DNA of 64,000 nt from an uncultured Ponticaulis sp. (GTDB taxonomy: Bacteria; Pseudomonadota; Alphaproteobacteria; Caulobacterales; Hyphomonadaceae), in assembly GCA_964009795.1 (NCBI GenBank), contig CAXGHQ010000007.1, forward strand, positions 81,553 through 145,552, written 5' to 3'. The notes under the pieces were generated by a model. It searched no databases and had not been told where the DNA came from. It saw nothing but the letters and a program-made list of their open reading frames with translations. Position 1 is the stretch's first letter. Every line of letters begins with the position of its first letter. This document shows, piece by piece, positions 19,209 to 29,813 of this stretch. Position numbers and translations under genes: made by a program.

Positions 19209-20424
19209 TCTGACGACGCTCGAGATTTTCCTGCACGATCAGAGGATTGGTACGCTCACGCGGCTCCCGAATGAAAAAGTTTTGCTCGCATGGAGCCGGG
19301 ACTATCTCATCAATGAAAATCGCAACACGCTCAGCCTGTCCTTCAAGGATCAGATGGGCGACCTCATCTCTGACTTCAAACCTGTTGGCCCGGCATTGCC
19401 GCCGTATTTTTCCAACATGCTGCCCGAAGGTCGGTTGCGAGACTATCTTGCGGCTCGCGCCAACGTAAAATCAGAACGAGAGTTTTTCCTGCTCTGGGCT
19501 CTTGGTAAAGATTTGCCGGGAGCGATCGACGTTCGCCCGGCTGAAGGCGAGCCATCACCCATGTGGAGAGATGCAGTTGTCCCCCAAATTCCTGATCCGG
19601 ATGGCCCACTAAGGTTTTCCCTTGCCGGTGTGCAGTTGAAGTTTTCTGCCCTTTCAGCCGCTCGCGGCGGGCTGACCATTCCCGCGCAGGGAATGGGAGG
19701 CGATTGGATCGTCAAACTTCCCTCGTTGGAGTTCGAAGGCGTTTCAGAGAACGAATTCTCCATGATGATGCTGGCAGGATGGCTTGGAATGCAAGTTCCG
19801 GAAGTTCGCCTGATAGAAACGCGTGAGATTGAAAACCTCCCAAACGGACTGCCGAACTTTCGTGGGCAAGCCTACGCAATCATGCGATATGATCGAAAGC
19901 CTGACGGCCAGAAGCTGCATCAGGAAGATTTTGCTCAGATTTTTGGTCTACGCCCCTCCCGGAAATATGATCTGGCGAGTTATCGGCGGATCGCACATGT
20001 TCTGGCAATTGAAGGCGATGATGACGACATTCGGGAGTTTGTCCGTAGATTAGTCTTCAATACGCTAATTGGTAACGCCGATATGCATTCTAAAAACTGG
20101 TCAGTTATTTATCCTGACCGGAGAAATGCATCTATTGCTCCAGCGTATGATTTTGTCTCAACAATAGAGTATCTACCTGAAGACAAATTGGCACTGAAGG
20201 TCAGCCGTTCAGCCCGGTTTGATGAATTCAATCTGGATGAGCTGGCGCATATGGCAGCTAAAGCCCTTCTACCCGAGAAGTTGGTATTGGATGTTGCCCG
20301 AGAAACGGTTCAGCGCTTTCATGAAGTCTGGCATGCTGAGAAAATGCATCTGCCTATGATGGCAGATGTTCGAGAGGGAATTGATCGTCATCTCGCCCGA
20401 GTGCCAATTTTTCATGAAGTCTGA
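19201..20424 (+). CDS. hipA: HipA-family Ser/Thr kinase toxin
   Basis: HipA N-terminal domain (PPYFSNMLPEG), FSLAGVQLK loop, GNADMHSKNWS and APAYDFVS catalytic motifs. Confidence 0.93.
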   Translation: MSDLTTLEIFLHDQRIGTLTRLPNEKVLLAWSRDYLINENRNTLSLSFKDQMGDLISDFKPVGPALPPYFSNMLPEGRLRDYLAARANVKSEREFFLLWALGKDLPGAIDVRPAEGEPSPMWRDAVVPQIPDPDGPLRFSLAGVQLKFSALSAARGGLTIPAQGMGGDWIVKLPSLEFEGVSENEFSMMMLAGWLGMQVPEVRLIETREIENLPNGLPNFRGQAYAIMRYDRKPDGQKLHQEDFAQIFGLRPSRKYDLASYRRIAHVLAIEGDDDDIREFVRRLVFNTLIGNADMHSKNWSVIYPDRRNASIAPAYDFVSTIEYLPEDKLALKVSRSARFDEFNLDELAHMAAKALLPEKLVLDVARETVQRFHEVWHAEKMHLPMMADVREGIDRHLARVPIFHEV

Positions 20425-20443
20425 AAGTCAGCCAGCTAGTTTA

Positions 20444-21436
20444 TCAACACGCCTCTCCGACCGGATAAGGCCCATCCTTAAACACCCGGTCATGATAGCC
20501 TTTGACACCAACAGCGCGAGCTAGGTCTGAGAGCACTTGCTCGCCAGAGGCAACGCGTTTCAGCACATCTTCGAAATTGTGCTTTGGTTGCCAGCCAAGT
20601 TCTGCGCGCGCTTTGGCGTTCACATAAACCCGGTCCATTTCCGGCTGCATCCGCCAGCCGCGCTCTTGATAGACGGTATCAAAATCGATCTTGCGCCGCC
20701 GCAGAACATCACCCGGCGCATTGCGTAGCTCCGCGAGATCATCCTGCATAAAGGGCGTTGTGGCGGTGATGATATATTTAGAGAATCCAATCTCCGGCGC
20801 TTTCTCAGCGGCCAGAAGGTGCGCTGAGACAACGTCTTCAATGTCCACGCGCCGGTTCAGAAACTCATTGGCCTGAGCATTTTCGCGCGGAAAAGCATCG
20901 CGCGTCGCTTTGTCATCCTGATCTTCCGGGAAGAAACGCGACGTCCGCAGCACCAGAACAGGCAAGCCATCTTTCCGATGCGCCAGCAAGCAGAGATCTT
21001 CAGCGGCCAGTTTCGTCGCGCCATAAATGTTCTTCACCTGCGGGACCACATCTTCTGTAATCCACGCGGCAGGCTCGCCCGGTGGTGGCTTCAAAGCATC
21101 GCCGAATGTGCTGGTGGTGGAGGTGAAGACACAACTCCTCACGCCTTCCCGAATGGCCGCATCCAGCAGGGTCTGCGTGCCGGAGATGTTGGTGTCGATG
21201 AAGTCCTGTCGGGTGTGGGTTTCCACATGCGGCTTATGAAGTGTTGCGGCGTGAAGCACATGGCGAACGCCCGGCATCAAACGCCCGATCAAAGCAGCGT
21301 TATTCACGCTGCCAACATGATCGGTGAATCGCCCGGGTTTCACATCCACACTGGTCACCTGCGCGCCCTGATCGCGCAGCACCCGCACAAGCGCCTCTCC
21401 AAGATGGCCAGAACTGCCGGTCACGAGATAAGTCAT
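20444..21436 (-). CDS. NAD-dependent epimerase/dehydratase (extended SDR)
   Basis: TGSSGHLG Rossmann motif, FTSTT, YGATK; start placed at MTYLVTG. Confidence 0.88.
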   Translation of the reverse strand: MTYLVTGSSGHLGEALVRVLRDQGAQVTSVDVKPGRFTDHVGSVNNAALIGRLMPGVRHVLHAATLHKPHVETHTRQDFIDTNISGTQTLLDAAIREGVRSCVFTSTTSTFGDALKPPPGEPAAWITEDVVPQVKNIYGATKLAAEDLCLLAHRKDGLPVLVLRTSRFFPEDQDDKATRDAFPRENAQANEFLNRRVDIEDVVSAHLLAAEKAPEIGFSKYIITATTPFMQDDLAELRNAPGDVLRRRKIDFDTVYQERGWRMQPEMDRVYVNAKARAELGWQPKHNFEDVLKRVASGEQVLSDLARAVGVKGYHDRVFKDGPYPVGEAC

Positions 21437-21568
21437 GATCACTCTGTTAGTGAGATAGCCCGCACGACTCAATCATCAGGCGATATTTTTTCGCCCGTCA
21501 TATTGCCACTTCCCCATCGCCTGCGCCATTAATGCGAAAGGGACGAGATTTCAGGGTAGGGTCCAGCT

Positions 21569-22657
21569 ATGGCGGATATTTTCATTTCCTATTCCCAGCG
21601 GGACAGGGCGCGCGTGAAGCCTATGGCGGACGCGCTGGAGGGCAGAGGCCTTGATGTCTTCTGGGACCCGGAAATTCCACCCGGCGAGACCTGGGACAAT
21701 GTGATTGCGCGTAATTTGAAAGCCTCGCGCTGCGTCATTGTGGTCTGGTCTGAAAATTCACAGGATTCAGACTGGGTGAAAGAAGAGGCTGAGTTCGGCA
21801 AGCAAAAGCGCACGCTTGTGCCGGTTCAGATCGACAATGCCGGTCCGCCGCTCGGCTTCACGCGCATTCAGACGGCTGATTTGTCGAACTGGCAAGGCGA
21901 GCCCAACCACCCGGAATGGCTGAAAGTGCTGGGGCGGGTCACACATCACGGCGCTGACGGTCAGCATGAAGAACGCGATCTCGACCCGCGCGAAACCCGC
22001 GAAGCCGGCGGGCTGCGACAGGCGCTCTATGAGGAGCCGGGACACACGCCTTCGCCACCACCTCAGCCGCAACCTGTCTATTCTCCACCACCGCCGCCGC
22101 CACCGGCCCCACCCGCTCCGCAGCCCCAAATGCGCGCGGTCTTTTCAGAACCGCAAACTCAAAGCCAGCCAAAATCGCGATCCGCACAGCCTCCCAAACC
22201 TGCGTCTTCGGTCAATTGGGGCAGCGTGTTCTTCAATCCACAGGGGCGTATCGGTAAGGGCACCTTCTGGCGGGCTTTTGGCTTGCTGCTTGCGGCCAAT
22301 ATTGCCCTGAGCGTGTTCACATCGGCCACACCTGAACTCGCTCTGATTGTCATGATTGCCAATCTGGCGATCATCTATCCGAATGTCTGCGTCTACGGAA
22401 AACGTCTGCACGATATGGGAAAATCGGCCTGGCTCTACCTTGTGGCGTTTCTGGCGTCCATGGTCGCTGCTTTTCTGATGGCGTATTTCGCGGCCGAAGG
22501 CGGCGGCTATGATGATGAAATCCTCGGAGCCGCCTTTGTCGGCATGGGACTTGTGATGATAGGGTTCACCTTTTGGGTGGGGTTCGGAAAGCCCGACCCG
22601 CAGGTCAACAAACATGGCTATCCGCTCGATGGCGGAGATGTCGCGGACACTTTCTGA
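21569..22657 (+). CDS. TIR domain, proline-rich linker, DUF805 membrane domain fusion
   Basis: IFISYS..D, WVKEE (catalytic Glu position), PPPPPPP linker, GRIGKGTFW / KRLHDMGKSAW / NKHG DUF805 motifs. Confidence 0.82.
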   Translation: MADIFISYSQRDRARVKPMADALEGRGLDVFWDPEIPPGETWDNVIARNLKASRCVIVVWSENSQDSDWVKEEAEFGKQKRTLVPVQIDNAGPPLGFTRIQTADLSNWQGEPNHPEWLKVLGRVTHHGADGQHEERDLDPRETREAGGLRQALYEEPGHTPSPPPQPQPVYSPPPPPPPAPPAPQPQMRAVFSEPQTQSQPKSRSAQPPKPASSVNWGSVFFNPQGRIGKGTFWRAFGLLLAANIALSVFTSATPELALIVMIANLAIIYPNVCVYGKRLHDMGKSAWLYLVAFLASMVAAFLMAYFAAEGGGYDDEILGAAFVGMGLVMIGFTFWVGFGKPDPQVNKHGYPLDGGDVADTF

Positions 22658-22691
22658 TCCTGCGACATTCACGCCTTTCGTGCTGTAAGGC

Positions 22692-22719
22692 CTTGTGTGG
22701 CAAATATGACACACCATCT
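22692..22719 (+). promoter_or_regulatory. Candidate sigma-32 (RpoH) promoter of clpB
   Basis: CTTG-N16-CACCATCT, close to the heat-shock CTTG...CCCCATNT consensus. Confidence 0.5.
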
Positions 22720-22775
22720 TTGACAGGTGATTGAATGCAAATGCATTCCAACCCCAGTTCGAGAGTTAGAAGCCA

Positions 22776-25397
22776 ATGAATCCAGAGAGTTTTACTGAGC
22801 GCGCTCGGGCCGTCATTCAGGCGGGCCAATCTGCTGCGCTCGCCGCCCGACACCAGCAATTTGCGCCCGAACATCTTTTAAAAGCCATGTTGGAAGACAA
22901 AGACCAGCTGGCCGCCAATCTGATCAATGCATCAGGTGGCCGGGCCGATCTTGTGCGCTCCGGCGTTGATGAGGCGCTGGCTAAAATTCCGTCCGTCTCG
23001 GGCGGCGATGGCCAGCTCTATATGGGCCAGGAAAACGCCCAGATCTTTCAGGAAGCTGAAAAGAAAGCCAAAACGGCAGGTGATAGTTACGTCACCGTTG
23101 AGCGTCTTCTTCAGGCGATTGCCGAACATCCGACCAGCAAGGCCGCAGGTATACTCAAGTCTGCGGGCGTGACACCAAAGGCGCTGGAGGACGCCATCTC
23201 TAAGCTCCGACAGGGCCGTACGGCGGATTCTGAAAACGCCGAGGAAGGCTATGAAGCGCTGAAGAAATATGCGCGTGACCTCACAGCCGATGCGCGGTCC
23301 GGCAAGCTCGATCCGGTGATTGGTCGTGACGAGGAAATCCGCCGCACCATTCAGGTGCTCTCCCGCCGGACCAAGAACAACCCTGTTCTGATTGGTGAGC
23401 CGGGTGTGGGTAAAACGGCCATCGCCGAAGGCCTCGCGCTCCGCATTATCGATGGCGACGTGCCTGAAAGCCTGCAGGAAAAACGCCTGCTCGCGCTCGA
23501 TATGGGCGCGTTGATTGCCGGTGCAAAATTCCGCGGCGAATTTGAAGAACGCCTGAAATCCGTCCTCAATGAGGTGCAAACCTCCGAGGGCGAAATCGTG
23601 CTCTTCGTTGATGAAATGCACACCCTGGTCGGCGCTGGCAAGTCCGATGGTGCGATGGATGCGTCCAACCTTTTAAAGCCAGCCCTCGCGCGTGGTGAGC
23701 TGCATTGTGTCGGTGCGACCACACTCGATGAATACCGAAAATACGTCGAAAAAGACGCCGCGCTTGCCCGTCGTTTCCAGCCGGTCTTTGTGGAAGAGCC
23801 GACCGTGGAAGACACAATCTCTATCCTGCGTGGCCTGAAAGAACGCTATGAAGTGCATCATGGTGTGCGCATTTCCGATGGGGCGATTGTCGCCGCAGCG
23901 ACGCTCTCTAACCGATATATCACCGATCGCTTCCTGCCAGATAAAGCCATCGATCTGATGGATGAGGCCGCCTCGCGTCTGCGCATGCAGGTCGATTCAA
24001 AGCCCGAAGAACTCGACGAAATTGATCGTCGCCTCATGCAGCTGAAGATCGAAGCTGAAGCGCTCAAAAAAGAGAGCGATGACGCCTCTAAGGATCGTCT
24101 CGAAAAACTGTCGGGCGAAATTTCAGAGCTGCAGACCAAGTCAGACGAACTCAATGTCGCCTGGAAAGCGGAAAAGCAGAAACTCGCCGGCGCGACCGAA
24201 GCCAAGAAACAGCTCGACCAGAAGCGCGCCGAGCTTGCGGAGGCTGAACGCGCCCAGGATTGGGGCCGGGCGTCTGCGCTGAAATATGGCGATATCCCAG
24301 CCCTTGAAGAACAGGTGAAAGCCGCCGAAGCCCGCGATGGTGACGGCGTCGAAGAAGGCCTTGTGTCCGAGGTCGTGCGCTCTGAAAACATCGCGCAGGT
24401 TGTGTCGAAATGGACCGGCGTACCTGTCGACAAGATGATGGAAGGCGAGCGCGAGAAACTCCTCCGCATGGAGGATGAACTTCGCAAGCGCGTCGTGGGT
24501 CAGGAAGAAGCTCTCAGCGCCGTTTCGAACGCTGTGCGCCGTTCGCGTGCCGGCCTTCAGGACCCGAACCGCCCGATTGGCTCTTTCCTCTTCGTCGGCC
24601 CAACCGGTGTCGGTAAGACCGAGCTCACCAAGGCGCTCGCAGGCTTCCTCTTTGATGACGAACAGGCTGTGCTCCGGCTCGACATGTCAGAATATATGGA
24701 GAAACACGCGGTTTCCCGACTCATCGGTGCGCCTCCGGGCTATGTCGGTTATGATCAGGGCGGTGCCCTCACCGAGGCCGTGCGGCGTCGACCATATCAG
24801 GTCGTCCTGTTTGACGAAGTGGAAAAAGCCCACCCGGATCTCTTCAACGTGCTCCTTCAGGTGCTTGATGATGGACGTCTGACAGACGGGCAGGGCAAGA
24901 CGGTGGATTTCAAGAACACGCTTATCATCATGACGTCGAACCTCGGCGCCGATGCCTTGGCGAATGATGATAGTGGCGAGATCTCCGAAGGGGCTCGCCA
25001 GTCGGTTGAGGCCGCTATCCGTGCGCATTTCCGCCCGGAATTCCTGAACCGGATTGACGAGACCGTCTTCTTCAAACGGCTTGGCCGGGCTGAGATTGAC
25101 CGCATTGTCGACATCCAGGTGGATCGTCTGTCGCGGCTGCTTGCAGACCGTCAGATCATCATCGACCTTGATGGTGAAGCGAAGAAATGGCTCGCCGCCC
25201 GCGGCTATGACCCGATCTATGGCGCTCGTCCGCTGAAAAGGCTCATCCAGCGTGAGCTGCAGGACCCGCTCGCCCGTCTCATCCTTGAAGGCAAGGTGAA
25301 GGATGGCGAAACGGTGAAGGTCTCCGCTGAGGACGGCATGCTCGAAATCGGCGGCATGCCCACCGCCATGGTCAAGGGTGAGAGGGCGGTATCATAA
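22776..25397 (+). CDS. clpB: ATP-dependent disaggregase ClpB
   Basis: Two AAA+ domains ([16 protein letters not shown]), coiled-coil M domain, GYVGY pore loop. Confidence 0.98.
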   Translation: MNPESFTERARAVIQAGQSAALAARHQQFAPEHLLKAMLEDKDQLAANLINASGGRADLVRSGVDEALAKIPSVSGGDGQLYMGQENAQIFQEAEKKAKTAGDSYVTVERLLQAIAEHPTSKAAGILKSAGVTPKALEDAISKLRQGRTADSENAEEGYEALKKYARDLTADARSGKLDPVIGRDEEIRRTIQVLSRRTKNNPVLIGEPGVGKTAIAEGLALRIIDGDVPESLQEKRLLALDMGALIAGAKFRGEFEERLKSVLNEVQTSEGEIVLFVDEMHTLVGAGKSDGAMDASNLLKPALARGELHCVGATTLDEYRKYVEKDAALARRFQPVFVEEPTVEDTISILRGLKERYEVHHGVRISDGAIVAAATLSNRYITDRFLPDKAIDLMDEAASRLRMQVDSKPEELDEIDRRLMQLKIEAEALKKESDDASKDRLEKLSGEISELQTKSDELNVAWKAEKQKLAGATEAKKQLDQKRAELAEAERAQDWGRASALKYGDIPALEEQVKAAEARDGDGVEEGLVSEVVRSENIAQVVSKWTGVPVDKMMEGEREKLLRMEDELRKRVVGQEEALSAVSNAVRRSRAGLQDPNRPIGSFLFVGPTGVGKTELTKALAGFLFDDEQAVLRLDMSEYMEKHAVSRLIGAPPGYVGYDQGGALTEAVRRRPYQVVLFDEVEKAHPDLFNVLLQVLDDGRLTDGQGKTVDFKNTLIIMTSNLGADALANDDSGEISEGARQSVEAAIRAHFRPEFLNRIDETVFFKRLGRAEIDRIVDIQVDRLSRLLADRQIIIDLDGEAKKWLAARGYDPIYGARPLKRLIQRELQDPLARLILEGKVKDGETVKVSAEDGMLEIGGMPTAMVKGERAVS

Positions 25398-25406
25398 TCT
25401 AAAAGT

Positions 25407-25575
25407 CCCTCTCCTTGAGGAGAGGGGTGGGGGTGAAGTGATCGATCCCGATCATCAAGTCATTACTCGATTACAGCTCCGTTCTGCACTCGGGCAGTCT
25501 GCGCCAGAGCTTGTCCCGGACCCTGAGCCGGGACAGCAATCGAATACCCCACGTCGGTTAGTGTTGCTCACCCCC
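25407..25575. repeat. Composite palindromic intergenic element
   Basis: ccctctcc-ttga-ggagaggg followed by gggggtga, which pairs with tcaccccc (25568-25575); inner hairpin tgtcccgg/ccgggaca at 25512-25535. Confidence 0.5.
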
Positions 25576-25624
25576 GAATACATTTCGGCGAGTAACCCAC
25601 CAGAATAAACGGACATGATGGTCG

Positions 25625-26353
25625 TTAGACTGCACTTGTCTGAATGTGCAGGGCGACAAAGCTGATTGTATTTACGATGCCGTGGGCGAAAATCAGCGGC
25701 AGGATATTGCGACGGCCCAACAGATAGAAAATGCCAAACACTAAGCCGATACTACCCGTGAGCAGAATACCGGACAGCCCCTGATAAGCGTGCAGCATTC
25801 CAAAAATCACTGCATGCGCAATCAGGGCGATGCCCCATCCAATACGGCCCAGTCCAATTGTCTGGGAAAGCCGGGTCATCAGAAACCCGCGAAAGAGCAA
25901 TTCCTCGCCGATCGCTGCTGTGGACCAGGCGATTGCCAGAAGGGTAAAAAGTCGGCCCAGCGTTGAAACATCGGGATATTCCGGCGCGGCTGCTACTCCA
26001 AATATTCTCTGCGTGACGAACGGCATCAATCCGCCGACCAGAAACACCACCAGTAGAACAGCAAACGTAAATCCTGCAGCCTTCAGAAATCCCCCGATTG
26101 AGCGTGGCCAGTTCAGTCCCAAAGTCTTCCAGCTTTCACCACGAAGGCGGAGCAAGCCCCACACGATCATGCTGCACACAGCAATCGCTATCGGACCAGG
26201 GAGGGGATTTCCGGGGATGACTGTAACTCCGCAGTAAACAACTGCCACAATCAGAATTTCGATCCATGCGGGCAAACCCGCGGATCGCCGGTCTTTTCGT
26301 CCATTCTGCATTGAATGAGTGGAGGTGAGAGGTGGGGAGGCTGCACTTGTCAT
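25625..26353 (-). CDS. CPBP (CAAX/Abi) intramembrane metalloprotease
   Basis: GEELLFRG, FGMLH, AHGIVN motifs; multiple TMs; RBS ggaaagga. Confidence 0.88.
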   Translation of the reverse strand: MTSAASPPLTSTHSMQNGRKDRRSAGLPAWIEILIVAVVYCGVTVIPGNPLPGPIAIAVCSMIVWGLLRLRGESWKTLGLNWPRSIGGFLKAAGFTFAVLLVVFLVGGLMPFVTQRIFGVAAAPEYPDVSTLGRLFTLLAIAWSTAAIGEELLFRGFLMTRLSQTIGLGRIGWGIALIAHAVIFGMLHAYQGLSGILLTGSIGLVFGIFYLLGRRNILPLIFAHGIVNTISFVALHIQTSAV

Positions 26354-26390
26354 AACTTATCCTTTCCAAAATAGATGATGCATATATAAA

Positions 26391-26430
26391 TGAATATGAA
26401 TTCAAATTCAATATCTAATCTGATATTGAA
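26391..26430. promoter_or_regulatory. Two overlapping palindromes, likely TetR operators between the divergent genes
   Basis: tgaatatgaattcaaattca (18/20 self-complementary) and ttcaatatc-N6-gatattgaa. Confidence 0.6.
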
Positions 26431-26459
26431 GAATCACGCGAAGTGAGAGATTGAAAGGC

Positions 26460-27113
26460 ATGAAAAAAGTCCAGCAAAAACGGGCAATTGCCACACGTGA
26501 GAGCATTCTGGATGCGCTCGAAAAACTGCTGGCTGACTCAGAGTTTGAAACCTTGTCGATTTCAGACATTGCGCGTGAAGCTGATGTCGCGGTTGGTTCG
26601 GTCTATAGTCATTTCAAAGACAAGAACGCTTTGCTGCCGGGTCTGCTAGACAGGCATCTGACGCGTACAAAGGAGCGAATCGAGGAAGCGAAAGCCACTG
26701 GGCGGATACTCGGTTACCAGCTTGATAAGGCGAATGCGCCGCTTTTGAGGGATATGATCGAGCGCGCGGTGCGTGCGGCGTTGGCTCAGGTAACGCAGGG
26801 GCGTGGCATCAGGCGCGCCCTTCTCACTTACCGGCGGCTTCATCCGGATGCTGATTTGCCGCTGGCGACCGAAATGGCCAATGAAGCATTTGAGATTTTT
26901 CTGGCCCAACTCTCGCTTTACGCGGACGAGATTTCACGCTCCGATATGCGCGGGGTCGCTAAATTGATCAATTACTTCGTCAATGTGATGTTTCTGGATC
27001 AGGTCATGTTTTCAAAGCCTGTTATGCCGGAGGATCTTAGGCCTTCTGACGAAGAACTGATCCTGGCCTATTCAGAGATGATTTATCGGTATCTGACGTC
27101 CGCAGCTGAATAG
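26460..27113 (+). CDS. TetR-family transcriptional regulator
   Basis: SISDIAREADVAVGSVYSHFKDK HTH. Confidence 0.92.
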   Translation: MKKVQQKRAIATRESILDALEKLLADSEFETLSISDIAREADVAVGSVYSHFKDKNALLPGLLDRHLTRTKERIEEAKATGRILGYQLDKANAPLLRDMIERAVRAALAQVTQGRGIRRALLTYRRLHPDADLPLATEMANEAFEIFLAQLSLYADEISRSDMRGVAKLINYFVNVMFLDQVMFSKPVMPEDLRPSDEELILAYSEMIYRYLTSAAE

Positions 27114-27238
27114 CGCTCAGGATGGTCGGCTCATGAAAATGCTCCGTTCTCTTGCGCCGCTTGCAGAACTGACGCAACGGTAACCTCAAAACGCGAAACG
27201 CTCTGACAGGTTCAGGGGAGACATGTCAGGCCGCACAG

Positions 27239-27835
27239 ATGAAATTCGACAACCCGCATGTCAGCCCCAGCTCGCCGCGAAAAGGTAACGCCGTCACGCG
27301 ATGGATCGGGGATGCCGGTCTGAAGCTCATGGGCTGGAAAGTTGCCGGGCGAATGCCCGATATTCCGAAAGTCGTCCTCATCGGCGCGCCGCATACCTCG
27401 AACTGGGATGCGCTGGCCGCCACCTTTTCCATGCTGGCTGTGGGCCTGCACTATACCATCCTCGTCAAGAAGGAATGGTTCTTCTGGCCCATGGGACCGA
27501 TCTTCCGTGCCGTGGGCGGCTATCCGGTCGACCGGGGCAAGGGCGGTCAGGCGCTGGTAGACCAGCTCACCGAGTTGGTGAATTTGCGGGAGCAGGTTGT
27601 ACTGGGCTTCCCGCCAGAGGGGACGCGGTCGAAGGTCGAAAAATACAAGACCGGCTATCTGCGCGTGGCCTATGCCACGGGTGTGCCGGTATTTCTCGCC
27701 GCATTTGACGGCCCGGGAAAGCGTGTGGTGCTCGACCGATTATTCGAGCTGACCGGCGACATGGCAATGGATAACGCGGCCATCAAAGCTTATGTCGACG
27801 CGACATGGACAGGCATTAACCCCGAGAAGCAGTAA
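27239..27835 (+). CDS. 1-acyl-sn-glycerol-3-phosphate acyltransferase (PlsC-like) family
   Basis: PHTSNWD (HX4D), PVDR, PEGTR motifs. Confidence 0.88.
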   Translation: MKFDNPHVSPSSPRKGNAVTRWIGDAGLKLMGWKVAGRMPDIPKVVLIGAPHTSNWDALAATFSMLAVGLHYTILVKKEWFFWPMGPIFRAVGGYPVDRGKGGQALVDQLTELVNLREQVVLGFPPEGTRSKVEKYKTGYLRVAYATGVPVFLAAFDGPGKRVVLDRLFELTGDMAMDNAAIKAYVDATWTGINPEKQ

Positions 27836-27852
27836 TCGGCTTAGAATACAGG

Positions 27853-29424
27853 CTATTGTCCTGCTGTTGCGACTTCATTTGGGGTCGGAATGCGCAAGAC
27901 GATTGAGTTATCGACCTCCAACACGTTCGTGCAAAAGCCGCGATAGATCGACCCACAATTCCAGTTTTCCATCGCATCGCGATCAGACAAAAGTGTTGAA
28001 CACACTCTATTTGGTCTGTTGTCTTTGAAGCAGATCAGGTCTTGCTGAGTTCTATAATTCAAAAACGCTTTGGACCAGCGGTAGGAGCTATTGCTCAGCC
28101 CCTCATCATGCGCTTGATGGGCCATGCTGAATGGCGTGCGTGCATCAATGTCCCAGACGCCAGAGCGTTGATATCCATAAAAGACAATCTGATCGTAGTC
28201 CGCAAATTTGACGCTATTGGTCTCTTCCAACTGCGCCTTAATGTCTTCTGCAAGCATGTCTGCCACGCGAAACTGCAGCATGGTGTGTCTGACCTGTATG
28301 GCACCATTGAACCCGACACAGACAATCAGGATCGCGGTGAGAGCCATTCCGGCACCACCCGTAATTTCGCGCGCAGATGAATATCGCACTATTGTGCCTG
28401 TCAATAAAAGTACGCCTAACAACATGATCCAGCTGGTGCGGTAGGCCACATAAATGCCGAGTGCGACGGCTTGCAAATGGCACGCAAAGAAGATGCAGAC
28501 ACCCCAGAAGCAGGATTTCAATATGGCTTCAGAAGTGGATTTAGCGTGCTCGTCCGTTTTGGTTTTGGAGACCAACATTGCGGCTAAAGCGGCGACGAAT
28601 GCGAGCAGCCAGATCGGTGTTTGGGGAAGAAGCGCGCTTATATGCGTTTGGAAAATGCCGGAAAAATACTTAAGGTTTTGAATATAATCCGAAAAATTTT
28701 CCGGATCATTATAGATACGCCATCTGGCGATGTGCATTGGGATGTCAGTTATGGCTTCTGAGATGGTGACAGCGCAAAACGCACCCAGCCCGAAAACCGC
28801 AAGCCAGAAAACCAGAAGGCCAGCATTCCTTAACAGGCTCCATTCTCTGATCTGGCGTGCCCAGAAGAGTGGAAAGAGAAAAACTGCCGAGCTGAGGCTT
28901 CCGAAGAGGAGTATGGCCCCGACAATGTAAACACTGAATCGGAACCGATCGCGTGTCAGGGCGAAAATGGTGAGCAAAATGTATGGCACAAACAACATGG
29001 TGGAGGGCCAGAATGACTGCGCAAGCAGGCCACTGTTAAGCCCGATTGCAAGTCCGGCCAGCGCACCAAACGCTTTGCTCCGGCTGATATCTGCAAACAA
29101 AAGGCCACCAAGAACAGTCCAGGCGGTCGTCACCAGATACCATGATAGCAAGGGCGGCAGTGCCTTCAGAAAATCGAAGGCATAATAGTTCAACCACCGG
29201 CCCTCAGTTCTGAGCTTGACGAAATAATCTTGCAGATAAATCAGTTCATCATGTCGCCAGAATGGCTGTCCGCTTATGGCAAAATAGAGAATGAGGATCA
29301 GTGGGAGCAGCAACACTGCTCCGGTCAGAAAAATCCAGTTTTTTGGATCGCCGTGCAAGTCGAAGGGAAGCCGTTGAGTGGTCTCAGCGGCTGTTAAGGG
29401 GGCAGTCATCTGGCCGTCCATCAT
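27853..29424 (-). CDS. Polytopic GT-C-fold glycosyltransferase (GtrII/GtrC-like)
   Basis: About 11 TMs; RHDE...EGRW after the first TM, as in Gtr glucosyltransferases; soluble Cys-containing C-tail. Confidence 0.6.
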   Translation of the reverse strand: MMDGQMTAPLTAAETTQRLPFDLHGDPKNWIFLTGAVLLLPLILILYFAISGQPFWRHDELIYLQDYFVKLRTEGRWLNYYAFDFLKALPPLLSWYLVTTAWTVLGGLLFADISRSKAFGALAGLAIGLNSGLLAQSFWPSTMLFVPYILLTIFALTRDRFRFSVYIVGAILLFGSLSSAVFLFPLFWARQIREWSLLRNAGLLVFWLAVFGLGAFCAVTISEAITDIPMHIARWRIYNDPENFSDYIQNLKYFSGIFQTHISALLPQTPIWLLAFVAALAAMLVSKTKTDEHAKSTSEAILKSCFWGVCIFFACHLQAVALGIYVAYRTSWIMLLGVLLLTGTIVRYSSAREITGGAGMALTAILIVCVGFNGAIQVRHTMLQFRVADMLAEDIKAQLEETNSVKFADYDQIVFYGYQRSGVWDIDARTPFSMAHQAHDEGLSNSSYRWSKAFLNYRTQQDLICFKDNRPNRVCSTLLSDRDAMENWNCGSIYRGFCTNVLEVDNSIVLRIPTPNEVATAGQ

Positions 29425-29813
29425 TATGCGTCTGTCTGGTTCAAGTGTTTGGACGTCGTATGTGAACTGGTTGAATCTGATATCCCCACCCCCGCCAGCG
29501 CCTCAACATGGTAACGCGGACGGCGTTTGGGGCGCGCCGCTCGGTGCATGTGGCAGATGATACGACCGAAACTTGCAGCAAGTCCTGGCGGGTAACGTCT
29601 GCCAAACATGGTAAATCCGTTCCGGTGTCTGGCATCTGTTGCTGTGGCATGTCGACTCCCTGTTCGTTCAATTGACTTATCGTCACGACTGGACCGTTCG
29701 CAAGGGATTGTTGAGAAGTACACCTTGCCTTGAGACCTGAGCTGACGCAACGCTAAGTCGTGCGCCGTCGGGATCGTTTCGCGGGTTTAGCGGACAAGTC
29801 TCAGGTATACCCA

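Noticed and set aside
29441-29686. 81-aa ORF upstream of the GT-C gene
   Set aside because: No recognisable motifs or clear RBS; likely spurious or decayed sequence.
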